From a virus (lineage: Duplodnaviria > Heunggongvirae > Uroviricota > Caudoviricetes), in IMG/VR virus record IMGVR_UViG_2585427971_000010: a DNA stretch of 51,466 nt. One strand, written 5' to 3'. Under the pieces are notes generated by a model, which saw only the letters and a program-made list of their open reading frames with translations, searched no databases and had not been told where the DNA came from. Positions 36,392 to 47,051 of the stretch are shown in pieces. Position 1 is the stretch's first letter. Each line of letters starts with the position of its first letter. A program made the translations under genes and the position numbers.

Positions 36392-37698
36392 TGCCGTGGA
36401 ACAATTTTCCGCACCTCGCCGCCAGGGCGTTCAATCAACCGCTTTTGCTGGAGCCCACCTACGCGCGGGTATTTTTTTCGGCGCTGAGCGACCGGTTCGG
36501 TACCGGGCGACTGATTGATACAGCGTCTGGAGAGGTAATGAACAGCGACGAAATGAACGCGCTCGCGATGGGGTGGGACAGCAGCGAGCGAACACGCCAG
36601 AAATCGTATCGCGTGGAGCGTGGTATAGCCGTTCTGCCGGTTACCGGGACGCTGGTTCATAAATTGGGTTATATCAACCCAGTTAGCGGGATGAGCGGTT
36701 ACAACGGAATCGCAAAACGCCTGCAGCAGGCGATTTCTGATCCCGATGTAAGAGGGGTCCTGCTTGATATTGACTCCCCTGGCGGTGAAGTCGCCGGCGC
36801 GTTTGATACTGCTGATTTAATCGCCCGGGCGCGAGAGCAAAAACCTGTGTGGGCGCTGGCCAGCGATACGGCCTGCAGCGCTGCCTATTTGCTGGCGTCA
36901 GCGTGTTCGCGCCGGCTGATAACGCAGACAGGCACAGTTGGTTCAATCGGTGTCCTGATGGCTCACCGCTGCGTCGAAAAAGCGCTGGAGATTGCTGGCG
37001 TCGACGTGACGCTGATTTACGCCGGCGCGCACAAAGTTGACGGGAACCCGTATTCCCAGCTGCCAGGCGACGTTCGCGACGAATTCCAGCTGAGTATTAA
37101 CAGCACGCGCGAGCAGTTCGCGCAAAAAGTCTCGGATTATACCGGGCTGAAAAAATCCAGGGTGCTGGCCACGGAAGCTGCAGTATTTATCGGCGCGGAC
37201 GCGATTAAATCTGGTCTCGCTGATCAACTCGTTAATTACGCGGACGCTATCGCAGTGATGGCCGACGCACTGAAACCAAAAATGGAGCGCTTTATGTCTG
37301 GTACAGAAACCACGGCGGAGACCACGACCACAGAACAAACCGCGACCACGACTACTGTCGCGCAGGTTGAGTTTAACACGGAGCAGATTCGCGCGGACGC
37401 CGCATCAAGCGAACTGGCGCGTGTGATGGCCATCATCAATTGTCCCGAAGCTGTTGGGCGCGAGGCGCAGGCAAAAGCGCTCGCTGGCGTCCCCGGGATG
37501 ACGGTCGGGCAGGCGCAGGTAGTCCTCGCTGCAGCACCTAAAACGGCGCAGGCGCGGACAGAAACGGCGCTCGATACACTAATGAGCACTGAATCACCAG
37601 CGACTATTCAGGATGCTGGCAGTACTACGGCAACAGGAACAACCGCAAACGTCTCGATGCTGGTTGCTGCAGGGCGTTCAATTTTAGGGGATGAATAA
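36391..37698 (+). CDS. head maturation protease / scaffold (lambda gpC-like, S49 family)
   Basis: 435 aa following portal; S49-like segments (GVLLDIDSPGGEVAG, ACSAAYLLASAC). Confidence 0.75.
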   Translation: MPWNNFPHLAARAFNQPLLLEPTYARVFFSALSDRFGTGRLIDTASGEVMNSDEMNALAMGWDSSERTRQKSYRVERGIAVLPVTGTLVHKLGYINPVSGMSGYNGIAKRLQQAISDPDVRGVLLDIDSPGGEVAGAFDTADLIARAREQKPVWALASDTACSAAYLLASACSRRLITQTGTVGSIGVLMAHRCVEKALEIAGVDVTLIYAGAHKVDGNPYSQLPGDVRDEFQLSINSTREQFAQKVSDYTGLKKSRVLATEAAVFIGADAIKSGLADQLVNYADAIAVMADALKPKMERFMSGTETTAETTTTEQTATTTTVAQVEFNTEQIRADAASSELARVMAIINCPEAVGREAQAKALAGVPGMTVGQAQVVLAAAPKTAQARTETALDTLMSTESPATIQDAGSTTATGTTANVSMLVAAGRSILGDE

Positions 37699-38027
37699 TG
37701 ACTACAGAAACGTATAGCCCGGACGATTTTATTCTTGGGCCTGACCTTGTTGTCACGACCGTCGGTCATTTTCAGGGCGGGATCAACGTACCCCGGCTGA
37801 CACCGATTATGCTCGACGCTACTGTCGGGACGTTTAAGGTTTGGGACGGCTCAGTCGGTAAAGCTATTGGCCTCACTGCCACCGCAGTTAATACTGGCTC
37901 CAGTTCTGCAGACTGCTCGTACTATAAATCAGGCTCGTTCCGTTACACGGCGATTAACTGGGGTACGGTTACCGACGTAGCTAAACGCAAATCAGCATTT
38001 GCGGGTACGCCGATCAGCGTCGGCTGA
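37698..38027 (+). CDS. head decoration protein (lambda gpD-like)
   Basis: 109 aa; resembles lambda D (…YKSGSFRY…KRKSAFAGTPISV). Confidence 0.7.
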   Translation: MTTETYSPDDFILGPDLVVTTVGHFQGGINVPRLTPIMLDATVGTFKVWDGSVGKAIGLTATAVNTGSSSADCSYYKSGSFRYTAINWGTVTDVAKRKSAFAGTPISVG

Positions 38028-38047
38028 TAGCAAAAAACTCAAAACAA

Positions 38048-38069
38048 GCCGCCTCCGGGCGGTTTTTTT
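38048..38069 (+). terminator. intrinsic terminator-like hairpin plus T7 run
   Basis: GCCGCC-TCCG-GGCGG followed by TTTTTTT, between decoration and major capsid genes. Confidence 0.5.
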
Positions 38070-38085
38070 ATAACAGGATATATAA

Positions 38086-39120
38086 ATGAGCGATTCGTTT
38101 ACTACGTCAGAACTGATTACCGCGACACAGCAGGTATTTAAGTTCAATCCGTTGTTTTTAAAGCTGTTTTTCCGTGAGACCTACACGTTTACGAGCGAAG
38201 AGGTTTTTCTGGATAAAATCCCGGGAAAAGTGAACATGGCCGTGTACTGCGCGCCGATGATCACCGGCAAAGTTGACCGCACTCGCGGCTATTCAACGAA
38301 CCATTTCAAACCGGGTTACACGAAACCCAAGCACACGATCAATCCGAATATGAGCATCAAGCGCGCAGCCGGTGAGCAGATTGGCCAGCCGGAAACGCCG
38401 GTCGAACGTCGTGCAAAAATCATCATGCAGAACCTGCTTGATGAGGAACTGAGCATCAGCCAGCTCGAAGAGTTCCAGGCGGTACAGGCTGTTCTGTACG
38501 GTAAATACACTGTTTCCGGCAGCAATATCGAGACCTATGAGATCGACATGAGCCGCAGCGCGACGAATAACGTCACTCAGTCCGGTTCGACAGCCTGGTC
38601 GACTCAGGACGCGGAAACGTATGACCCGAGCGACGATATTGAATCCTACGCGGACCTCGCCTCCGGTGCGGTTAACGTGATCATCATGGATGGTAAAGCC
38701 TGGAAGCAGTTGAAGCGTTTTAAAAAATTCTGGACGGCACTGGATACGCGCCGTGGCTCAAACAGCCAGCTCGAGGTCGCGCTGAAAAACCTGGGCGACG
38801 TTGTCAGCTTTAAAGGCTACTACGGCGACACTGCGCTGTTTGTCTACAAAGGGCAATACCTCGACCCGGTAACAGACACTGAAACGCGTTATATGCCGGA
38901 TAACACGATGATCCTTGGCAACACAAAAAACCGCGGGCTCCGCACTTATGGCGCAATTCAGGACGAAGACGCGCTGAAAGAGGGTATTTCCGAAGCGACG
39001 CGCTATCCAAAAGTCTGGACCACTACCGGTGATCCGGCAGTGACGCAAACAATGACGCAATCCGCGCCAGCAATGGTCCTCACGGACGCCGACGCGTTCG
39101 TTGTCGTAAAAATCGCGTAA
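38086..39120 (+). CDS. major capsid protein (lambda gpE-like)
   Basis: 344 aa; collinear with lambda E (FKFNPLFLKLFFRE, PGYTKPKH, IIMQNL.DEELSI, TRRGSNSQLE, GNTKNRGLRTYG, RYPKVWTTTGDPA). Confidence 0.85.
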   Translation: MSDSFTTSELITATQQVFKFNPLFLKLFFRETYTFTSEEVFLDKIPGKVNMAVYCAPMITGKVDRTRGYSTNHFKPGYTKPKHTINPNMSIKRAAGEQIGQPETPVERRAKIIMQNLLDEELSISQLEEFQAVQAVLYGKYTVSGSNIETYEIDMSRSATNNVTQSGSTAWSTQDAETYDPSDDIESYADLASGAVNVIIMDGKAWKQLKRFKKFWTALDTRRGSNSQLEVALKNLGDVVSFKGYYGDTALFVYKGQYLDPVTDTETRYMPDNTMILGNTKNRGLRTYGAIQDEDALKEGISEATRYPKVWTTTGDPAVTQTMTQSAPAMVLTDADAFVVVKIA

Positions 39121-39142
39121 GAGTCGAAAGGCTCTTTTTTGT
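39120..39142 (+). terminator. intrinsic terminator-like hairpin (GNRA loop) plus T-run
   Basis: AGAGTC-GAAA-GGCTCT then TTTTTGTT, just after the major capsid stop. Confidence 0.5.
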
Positions 39143-39154
39143 TAAGGAATCAAC

Positions 39155-39574
39155 ATGAGCACAAAAACAGAATTGCTGGCGCGTATTGACGATCTGAGCG
39201 CTCAGCTCGGTCGCGAATTACCGCGCAGCGGGACTATTGCGGAACTGGAATCAATCGTTGCCGGCGCTGAGTCAGAGCTCGATATTCTGAACGAGCAATC
39301 CGGTGACGCGGGAGGCATCGAGATTACAGTGAATACTGCGTCCGGGACCGATAATGAACTCGCTCAATCAATCGCGAGCGCTATCGTTTCACAGTCACAA
39401 GAGCAGGAGCTCGCACCGGCTACGCGCCGCGTCAAGTTGCGTAACACGCTGGACGTTTATCACTACGTGAACGGGCGTCGCGTTCGCGAGATTGTTGCCG
39501 CAGGCCGTGAAATTGTTGTTGATTCACCGGAGGTCGCAGACCTTATCGCAGCTGATCACGTTTACGCTCTATGA
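39155..39574 (+). CDS. DNA packaging protein (lambda FI-like)
   Basis: 139 aa; N-terminal similarity to lambda FI (MSTKTELLARIDDLSAQLGRELPRSGT…). Confidence 0.55.
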   Translation: MSTKTELLARIDDLSAQLGRELPRSGTIAELESIVAGAESELDILNEQSGDAGGIEITVNTASGTDNELAQSIASAIVSQSQEQELAPATRRVKLRNTLDVYHYVNGRRVREIVAAGREIVVDSPEVADLIAADHVYAL

Positions 39575-39951
39575 GCTACTACGATGACCTCCGGGCCGGC
39601 GACGAGGAGATGATCCGTGAGTGGGGACGGCCCGTTAAATTACGCGGTAAAACCGACCCCATTATCGCTATTTTCAACGAGCCTTACGCGCGCGTTGACG
39701 TTCCTCACGCTGGTTTTATTACCGGTACAGTAACGAGCCTGACGGCGCTCTCGGACGACGTCGCTGGCGTTGTTGCGCGTGACGTCGTCCAGGTTCCAAA
39801 GCAGCGCAGCATCGAACCTGACGGCTCTGTTACCTGGTCTGGCTGGACCGATTACGTGGTTAAAGAGCCTCAACCTGATGGCACAGGGCTCACGAATATT
39901 TTTTTAGAGCCTCACACGTCCAGCGAAAACAGCGAGTATTCAAAATACTAA
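39571..39951 (+). CDS. head-tail joining protein (lambda FII-like)
   Basis: 126 aa, position and pattern like lambda FII. Confidence 0.5.
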   Translation: MSYYDDLRAGDEEMIREWGRPVKLRGKTDPIIAIFNEPYARVDVPHAGFITGTVTSLTALSDDVAGVVARDVVQVPKQRSIEPDGSVTWSGWTDYVVKEPQPDGTGLTNIFLEPHTSSENSEYSKY

Positions 39952-39982
39952 GTGGGACCTCGGTCCCACTTAAGGGGGAACC

Positions 39983-40663
39983 GTGGCCGATTTACGTAGT
40001 AACGCGCAGATGTTCGATATCGATGTTTCGGCGCTGGAGCAGCTCAGAGTCGAAATCAGCGCGACGCAACATCAAATGTTAATGGTATACAACAGGGCGC
40101 TGAACCGAACTGCAAAACATATGCACCGAATTTCAGCAGGAATGATTTTGACTGCACTGGCAGCTAAAAATCATAAGGCCGTAGATAAACGAATCAAGCC
40201 GTTCATTAAGCGCCGTAATTTTACAAAAGAAGGGGCAGGAGACCTGAGCAGCGCCAAGCTCTGGTACGGTCTGAATGATTTCCGGGTATCTGAGCTAAAG
40301 GGGCGATTACAAAATCCACGGAGGCAAAAACAGCCTCGCGATCTTGAGACCGGCCTGTTTTTGAAAACCAAAAAAGGCGCTAGAGGGGCAACTTTTACAC
40401 CCAAAAGTGCAGGGCTGGCGATGATGAGTTGGCCCGATTCATTCGTAGCGAAACGCTACGGTGCGAAAAGTGTCTGGATTCGACTGGATCGCGGAGGAAT
40501 CGAAGAGGCTCGCGTACCTGTGCACGACGCGCTGGAGGATGCTATCGATGATTATATTTTTGAAAACATTGGCCCTGTTTTTATGGGCTTTTTTGAGAAA
40601 GATTTGCGCGGTCGCGTGAAAGGTAATGTCCACGTAGACCCAAAAACAGGTAAACGATTATGA
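39983..40663 (+). CDS. virion / tail-completion protein, unassigned
   Basis: 226-aa ORF at the head-tail module junction. Confidence 0.4.
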   Translation: MADLRSNAQMFDIDVSALEQLRVEISATQHQMLMVYNRALNRTAKHMHRISAGMILTALAAKNHKAVDKRIKPFIKRRNFTKEGAGDLSSAKLWYGLNDFRVSELKGRLQNPRRQKQPRDLETGLFLKTKKGARGATFTPKSAGLAMMSWPDSFVAKRYGAKSVWIRLDRGGIEEARVPVHDALEDAIDDYIFENIGPVFMGFFEKDLRGRVKGNVHVDPKTGKRL

Positions 40664-41196
40664 GCGGACTGGATGCATTTGACGAATATCTTGATCGCGT
40701 TAAAGGCGCGGTTTTACAAATACCGTTCATCAAAACATTCGGAATTTATCCGGAAATTCCGGCTGGATTTGAAACGCCAGCTCTGTTCCTGGAAATCAGC
40801 AACTGGTCACAGAGTGACGAATCGGTTCCAGGCTCAATTCAGTCAGTCGAGCTGTCGTGTAATTTGTATTTGCTGCGTGAATTTGCAGCTGATCAGTACG
40901 GACTGAAATCGCAGAATGCAGCGCTCTATATGACGAGCTGGATCAATGGGCGAATGTTCGGTCCCGGAACTAAACCGGCAAAATTCAGCGACGCGGAACC
41001 GTGCGACTGGATTAAAAACGGGCAGTCAGTCGGTTCGCATTCAGTTCAGTGCGTGTCGTTCACGCAGGTTGTAGGCGTTGGTCCAGATATTTTCGATTAT
41101 CCCTCACAGGGGACCCTGAAAAATATATACGTCGGAATAGCACCAGATATCGGCGCAGAACATGAGGGCGACTATTATGGCCCAATCGGACGATGA
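40660..41196 (+). CDS. putative tail protein, unassigned
   Basis: 178-aa ORF upstream of baseplate genes, overlapping start. Confidence 0.4.
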   Translation: MSGLDAFDEYLDRVKGAVLQIPFIKTFGIYPEIPAGFETPALFLEISNWSQSDESVPGSIQSVELSCNLYLLREFAADQYGLKSQNAALYMTSWINGRMFGPGTKPAKFSDAEPCDWIKNGQSVGSHSVQCVSFTQVVGVGPDIFDYPSQGTLKNIYVGIAPDIGAEHEGDYYGPIGR

Positions 41197-42079
41197 ATAT
41201 GCTGCAGCGGAGAACGCGCGCAGGCTGCGTGACGCAGTTAAACGCGGCACGATAGCTGCAGTTAAAATGAATCCTCCACGCTGCCGAGTCTCATTTGGTG
41301 GCGAACACCAGTCAGGCTGGCTGCAGTGGTTTACTCACGCCACCTCAGAACGCGTCGACTGGAGCGCACCATCAGTGGGCGATCCCGTTACTGTTGTTTC
41401 TGAGGGTGGGGATACGCGGAACGGTGTAGTTATGCTCGGGCTGCACATTGACGACAAAGCTCCGCCAAGCAATGACCCCCATGATCATGTCACTGCATAC
41501 TGTGACGGGGCTACGATGACGTATAACACAAAAAATCACACTCTGACATGGCAGGGCGTACCGGACGGCGTGGTAAAAATACTCGGTGAGTCTGAAATAG
41601 AAATATTTGGACGCGCAGATGTTACTATTAATAGCGAAAATGTAGTTAATATCCATGGTGGGAAATTAATTAACGCAGACGCTGATATTATTAATGTCAC
41701 AGCGACAGATACAATTAACGCACATGCTGATTTAGTGAACGTTATAGCAACGAGTTCTGTTAGTGTTACTGCTGCGAACAGAATATCGCTGACAGCTCAA
41801 ACAATCAGCGCGTGGGCTCCGGGTGGTATAACACTAGCTGGTCCAACGCATATTACCGAGACATTAGTAGTAGATAAATTAGCGACATTCCGTAACGATA
41901 TTTCTGTCACTGGAGATAACGGTGGAACAGGTAATATCACAACTCGCGGTAGTGTGTTAGCAGGGCAAGAGGTGCAGGACCGACAAGGCACAATAACTGA
42001 AGTCCGCACAACGTATAACGGACACACTCATATATGTCCGGACGGGGAAACTCAACAACCGAACCAACCAATGGCGTAA
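41177..42079 (+). CDS. baseplate assembly protein V (spike, P2 gpV-like)
   Basis: Internal Met with GAGGG SD; gpV-like N-domain, repetitive beta-helix region, C-terminal YNGHTH motif. Confidence 0.65.
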   Translation: MAQSDDEYAAAENARRLRDAVKRGTIAAVKMNPPRCRVSFGGEHQSGWLQWFTHATSERVDWSAPSVGDPVTVVSEGGDTRNGVVMLGLHIDDKAPPSNDPHDHVTAYCDGATMTYNTKNHTLTWQGVPDGVVKILGESEIEIFGRADVTINSENVVNIHGGKLINADADIINVTATDTINAHADLVNVIATSSVSVTAANRISLTAQTISAWAPGGITLAGPTHITETLVVDKLATFRNDISVTGDNGGTGNITTRGSVLAGQEVQDRQGTITEVRTTYNGHTHICPDGETQQPNQPMA

Positions 42080-42081
42080 AG

Positions 42082-42423
42082 ATGCTTGGAATGGACCGTA
42101 ACACCGGTAAACTTTTATCGGGGACTGATCACATTCGTCAGTCTATCGTTGATATTTTAACGACCCCGCTGGGGACGCGTGTAATGCTGCCGGAATATGG
42201 CAGCAAATTATTTGATCTTGTTGATAATCCCACAGATCCGTCGCTTGCTATGCGAATAATCATGGAAAGCGCTGGCGCAATAGCACGATGGGAACCACGC
42301 GTCAGAATTGACAGAATAAATGTGTTAGCAGTGGATATCGGGAAAATAACAATATTAATTATCGCAACAGATATCGAAACACAACAGCGATTAGAGTTTA
42401 ATAATATGGAGCTGATATTTTGA
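42082..42423 (+). CDS. baseplate protein W (GPW/gp25 family)
   Basis: gp25-like pattern (GTDHIRQSIVDILTTPLGTRVMLPEYGSKLFDLVD). Confidence 0.65.
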   Translation: MLGMDRNTGKLLSGTDHIRQSIVDILTTPLGTRVMLPEYGSKLFDLVDNPTDPSLAMRIIMESAGAIARWEPRVRIDRINVLAVDIGKITILIIATDIETQQRLEFNNMELIF

Positions 42424-43340
42424 TAACATCAACAGTTCAGAATTCGATAGTGAAAACTATTGATATGAGTCTGCTGCCGCCGCCAGCATTCGTTAAAACC
42501 CCGTTATTTTCAGATGTTAAATCTAATCTACTGTCAGAGCTGCAGATATTATATCCACAATTTAACGCACTCCTGGAGTCAGACCCGGCCGTTAAACTGC
42601 TGGAAATAGTTGCATACAGAGAAATCATTATTACAGCTCGGGTAAATCAGGGGATGCTCGCTGTATTGCTCGCGTTTGCAAAGGGGAGTGACCTCGACCA
42701 GATTGGCGCTAATTTTGACTGCCTGCGGCTGTTGATAACGCCAGCTAATCCCGATGTAATTCCCCCGACTGAGGCTGTTTACGAGAGTGACGACGAGTAT
42801 CGACACCGAATACAGCTATCATGGTATGCGCGGAATACTGCCGGCAGTACGAACGCCTATAACTATTTCGCGCTGTCGAGTGATCCCGACGTTCTGTCAG
42901 CTCAGGCGTACGGCCCGCCGGTGACCCAGCCTGGATACGTCGATATGTATGTCTTGTCGCGAACCGGCGACGGCACTCCGCCTCAATCACTACTGAATAC
43001 AGTGAATGCGGCCCTGTCTCCTGACGATACTCGACCGCTGACTGATTTCGTGACTGTAAAACCTGCGTCGAACCTGAATTACCGGGTTGAGGCCGTTATC
43101 GTAGCCGGGCTCGGACCCGACCAGAACGTTTTGCTTAACGGTGCTCAGAGCGATTTGGCGATATATGTGGATACGCAACATAAAATCGGAGCGACGGCAG
43201 CTCTGTCAGGAATTTACGACGCGATACATCGTGACGGCACTGAACGTGTGATTCTGATATCGCCAACAGAGGATGTGATCGCTGGCGTCGGGCAGGCTCC
43301 GTACTGCACAGAAATCAAACTCAGCGTGCAAATGGGGTAG
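42420..43340 (+). CDS. baseplate protein J (P2 gpJ-like)
   Basis: 306 aa, gpJ-like, overlapping start with W. Confidence 0.65.
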   Translation: MITSTVQNSIVKTIDMSLLPPPAFVKTPLFSDVKSNLLSELQILYPQFNALLESDPAVKLLEIVAYREIIITARVNQGMLAVLLAFAKGSDLDQIGANFDCLRLLITPANPDVIPPTEAVYESDDEYRHRIQLSWYARNTAGSTNAYNYFALSSDPDVLSAQAYGPPVTQPGYVDMYVLSRTGDGTPPQSLLNTVNAALSPDDTRPLTDFVTVKPASNLNYRVEAVIVAGLGPDQNVLLNGAQSDLAIYVDTQHKIGATAALSGIYDAIHRDGTERVILISPTEDVIAGVGQAPYCTEIKLSVQMG

Positions 43341-43342
43341 CC

Positions 43343-43969
43343 ATGACAAGTCAAAGCGTACTGCCTCCGAACGCAATAACCCCTGAGAGGGCGCTTGAGG
43401 TTGTTTTATCTCACGTCGGCGATCTGCCTGGCGATATTCGAATTATTAAAAATCCCGATTTGTGCCCTGCAAATCTGTTGCCGTGGCTGGCGTGGGAGTA
43501 CGCGGTCACCTACTGGAACCCCGACTGGAGTGAGCAGCAAAAACGCGAAATTATTAAAGCAGCTGCGTGGCAGAATAAGCACCGCGGAACGCGTGGAGCT
43601 GTTGAACGAGCGTTATTAACTGTTGGCTTTGAGAGCAAAATGAGAGAGTGGTTTGAAGCCACGCCCAGGGACGACCCGTATACATTCGCAATTAAAATAT
43701 ATCTGCTAAAAAGCATGGGGTTAGATTTAGAACTATTGAATACATTTATTGCACAAATATTTGATGCAAAAAATTGTCGTTCCTTATTAAAAGAAATAAA
43801 TTTCGAAACGGGTGTCGATGGTGAGTTTTTTATAGCCGGTACACCTTACGCGAAAATAGGCGTAAACGTCCCAGCAGACGGCGACGGCGGTGTAAAAATT
43901 AACGGCGGGCTATATATATCGGGCTCACCAATTGTTAGTTTAAATGTGGAGATAGGGCCAAATGGCTGA
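43343..43969 (+). CDS. tail protein I (P2 gpI-like)
   Basis: 208 aa following gpJ; typical P2 I order and pattern. Confidence 0.6.
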   Translation: MTSQSVLPPNAITPERALEVVLSHVGDLPGDIRIIKNPDLCPANLLPWLAWEYAVTYWNPDWSEQQKREIIKAAAWQNKHRGTRGAVERALLTVGFESKMREWFEATPRDDPYTFAIKIYLLKSMGLDLELLNTFIAQIFDAKNCRSLLKEINFETGVDGEFFIAGTPYAKIGVNVPADGDGGVKINGGLYISGSPIVSLNVEIGPNG

Positions 43970-45146
43970 AAATAAAATTTACGCAGTACTGACAGACCGT
44001 GGCGCACAACTTGAAGCCGCTGCGCTGGCATCGGGTGTACCCGTGGTGCTGAATAAATTCGTTATTGGCGACGCAAACGGAAACGACGACGTAACACCGG
44101 ACCCGGCACGAACTGCATTAATTCACGAGACGTATCGTGGGGATATTAAATCCGCAGAAAATAGCGGTAACCAGGTTATCTTTACACTTTACGTACCGCC
44201 AGACACTGGGGGCTATACTATCCGTGAGGTGGGGATATTAACAGATAAAGGCGAGCTGTACTCTGTGGCGCGCTCGCCGGACATTTTAAAACCTACGGAC
44301 AGCAACGGTGCGCTGATTTCAATCACGTATAAATACACACTCGCGGTGTCCAGCACATCTACGGTTAATGTTGTAGTATATGACAACTACGTAACTCCCG
44401 AGGAAGCTGACAAAAAATATTTGCAGATAAGTAAAAACTTATCTGAAATTCCCGCAAATGGTGAAACTGCTCAGCAGGCTGCGCGGAAAAATATTGGTAT
44501 AGATGGGGACGTTGCATATAGAGATAAGGGTAATGCATTTACTCATCCAAATACTTTTAAAGATGATGTGATTTTTGAAGACGTTTTATCCTCTAAAAAA
44601 CAAATAAATATAAACAAACCGGGCACTGATTTGACGTTGTTTTCATTTGCTGGTTTATCAGATGTGTCGGGCGATTATTTAGATTTTTCGACCCGTGGAG
44701 AAAACAATCAGAAGGTTTTTTATAGATTACGCGGAGTTCACTATGATGGCCTGGTGTTACTGTGCGGCGGGCAGACGTATAAATACTGGAATGAGGCTAA
44801 TCTTAAACCGGTTAAAACGATTAACGGGGAGTCGCCGGATGAAAATGGCAACATAGATATAAGTCTTTCACCGGACCCATCACCGGAAATAGGTGTTGTT
44901 GGCGCGGTTGGTACTTATGCGCTTGTCGCTATTAATCATGCACCACAAATACTCCCGGGCTCCATATGGGCTGGAGGGGATTTATATTACGCTAGTATAA
45001 ATAATACCGGTTCATATAACACGGATATTGCCACAAAACCATTTTATGACACACCACTTATTGGCTCATGGCGAGCCATGGCGTATTCACCCGGTGGAGT
45101 CGGTGATATTGGGACTGCCTGTTTTTTAGCTATTAGGATTGCGTAA
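43962..45146 (+). CDS. tail fiber protein
   Basis: Conserved N-terminal tail-fibre anchor region followed by AT-rich, divergent C-terminal region. Confidence 0.65.
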   Translation: MAENKIYAVLTDRGAQLEAAALASGVPVVLNKFVIGDANGNDDVTPDPARTALIHETYRGDIKSAENSGNQVIFTLYVPPDTGGYTIREVGILTDKGELYSVARSPDILKPTDSNGALISITYKYTLAVSSTSTVNVVVYDNYVTPEEADKKYLQISKNLSEIPANGETAQQAARKNIGIDGDVAYRDKGNAFTHPNTFKDDVIFEDVLSSKKQININKPGTDLTLFSFAGLSDVSGDYLDFSTRGENNQKVFYRLRGVHYDGLVLLCGGQTYKYWNEANLKPVKTINGESPDENGNIDISLSPDPSPEIGVVGAVGTYALVAINHAPQILPGSIWAGGDLYYASINNTGSYNTDIATKPFYDTPLIGSWRAMAYSPGGVGDIGTACFLAIRIA

Positions 45147-45535
45147 TGATAAGCGTTGATTCATTTAGAAAAATAACAAACCCTGTTTTTAATGACGAGC
45201 ATGGGTTATCTATAAATATTATTTGCGATATTGACGGGATTGGAAACGACATTCCATTCACCGCAATGAAAAATGATTGCGAGGAACACGGTAGGGTTTT
45301 ATATGAAAGAGCGCTGAGCGGGGATTATGGGAGCATTTCTAAATTTGTAAAAAAAGAGCAGACGCAAAAACTCCAGACTACATTACGGACTGTTGGCGAT
45401 CTGTCAATTGAGGCATTCTCAATTCAGTGTGCAGTAGATGCCGGAACCGCATCTGACGCGCAAATCGAAAATTTGGCCGAGCTTAAAGAAGCAATAGCGA
45501 CGCGAATTGGTGAAAATAGAGAAGGAATAAAATGA
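45146..45535 (+). CDS. putative tail fiber assembly / chaperone protein
   Basis: 129-aa AT-rich ORF immediately after the fibre gene. Assigned by position. Confidence 0.4.
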   Translation: MISVDSFRKITNPVFNDEHGLSINIICDIDGIGNDIPFTAMKNDCEEHGRVLYERALSGDYGSISKFVKKEQTQKLQTTLRTVGDLSIEAFSIQCAVDAGTASDAQIENLAELKEAIATRIGENREGIK

Positions 45536-47034
45536 GCGTAACTAATTTTTTACACGGTATTCGCACGCTCGAATACGACGACGGCACAAAAGAGATCAAC
45601 ACAGTAGATATTTCCGTGATTGGGATTGTTGGTACTGCTCCCGATTCCAGCTACCCAACTTGTGCATCACTATTATGGGGATCAGAGCTCGCAGACAATC
45701 TTGTTGAGTTTTCGACTGTCATGCCAGGGGCCGACGGAAACAACTGGATTGTTGAAATTGTTGATTTGGGAATTAACGGGAATGTAGCAACTCCAGGATA
45801 CAGCACACTGCCCGACGGTTCGAGAAAATTAACAATGATCACGGACGGTGCCATGACCCCGTCAAAAATGTACGATCAGAACCAGCAGTATAAAGAAGGA
45901 CTCCAGATTGGAGAATATATTAACGTCACATTCGGTGGTGATCACGCAGGAACGGGGACTGTATTCGCGCTCCCCCCAACAAATTTATCCGGTGGTAAAG
46001 ACGAATCGTTCAAATATAATGTTCCGACGTTAATTGCAGGCAGTCAAAAAAAAGCTGGATTGCTCGGTGGGTCTGGAACCCTTCCTCCCGCTGTATCTGA
46101 AATACTAAATCAGGAGGATGCCATTATTGTTGTTGTCCGCGTCGAAGAGGACAGCGACGAAACAAAAATGCGGCAGAACGTCGTTAACGGGATTAACGCA
46201 TTGTTGACGTCTGCGCAAATAAATCAAGTAACGCCGAGAATTTTAATCGCTCCAGATTATAGTGCTAACGATTATATTGCAGAACAACTTGAAGTGGTGA
46301 CAAATAAATTACGAGGCGTTGGATATATCGATTCACCGCGAGGCGCTACGCCTGCTGACGTTGTAAATCGTCGTCAGAGGTACGGCGGCAGAATGGAAAT
46401 TCTGCGCCCTCGTGTTTATTCTACGAGTGATGTTAGTGGTTTATCTCGTCCGTATTCAGCTATCGCTGCTGGTTTACGAGCCAGAATTGATAACGAAAAA
46501 GGGTTTTGGTGGAGCAAATCGAATCAAAATATCTACGGAATTACAGGACTCGAACAAGTCGATGATTTTATAATCGGTGAAACGAACTGCACAGCAAATC
46601 TGCTGAACGCCAGCCAGGTCAGCACAATTATTCGCTATGATGGATTCAGACACTGGGGTAACTATCTGTGTAGCCTCAGTCCCCAATGGTCCTTTGAATG
46701 CGTTCGTCGGACAGCTGACGTAATTGAGGATTCAATAGCCCGGGCAATGATGACCGATTTTATTGATCGCCCGATAGACCTGCACCTCGGAACAGACGTT
46801 GTAGAGTCGATAAACGCGTATCTGCATAAATTAGAGGAGCAGGGCGCGATTAACGGAGGACGGGCGTGGTTAGATGAAGAGTTAAATACAAAAGAAAGTC
46901 TGGCCGCTGGTAATCTTTATATTAATGTTGACTTTGGACCGAAATCCCCGGCACAAACAATTACGTTAATGTACCGCATTAATAATGATTACACAGTTGA
47001 AGCTCTGGCCTCTCTTTTTAAAGAAACAGTCTAA
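45532..47034 (+). CDS. tail sheath protein (P2 FI-like)
   Basis: 500 aa; recalled similarity to P2 FI (IRYDGFRHWGN, LYINVDFGPKSP). Confidence 0.8.
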   Translation: MSVTNFLHGIRTLEYDDGTKEINTVDISVIGIVGTAPDSSYPTCASLLWGSELADNLVEFSTVMPGADGNNWIVEIVDLGINGNVATPGYSTLPDGSRKLTMITDGAMTPSKMYDQNQQYKEGLQIGEYINVTFGGDHAGTGTVFALPPTNLSGGKDESFKYNVPTLIAGSQKKAGLLGGSGTLPPAVSEILNQEDAIIVVVRVEEDSDETKMRQNVVNGINALLTSAQINQVTPRILIAPDYSANDYIAEQLEVVTNKLRGVGYIDSPRGATPADVVNRRQRYGGRMEILRPRVYSTSDVSGLSRPYSAIAAGLRARIDNEKGFWWSKSNQNIYGITGLEQVDDFIIGETNCTANLLNASQVSTIIRYDGFRHWGNYLCSLSPQWSFECVRRTADVIEDSIARAMMTDFIDRPIDLHLGTDVVESINAYLHKLEEQGAINGGRAWLDEELNTKESLAAGNLYINVDFGPKSPAQTITLMYRINNDYTVEALASLFKETV

Positions 47035-47051
47035 TAATCTGGAGAATTGAT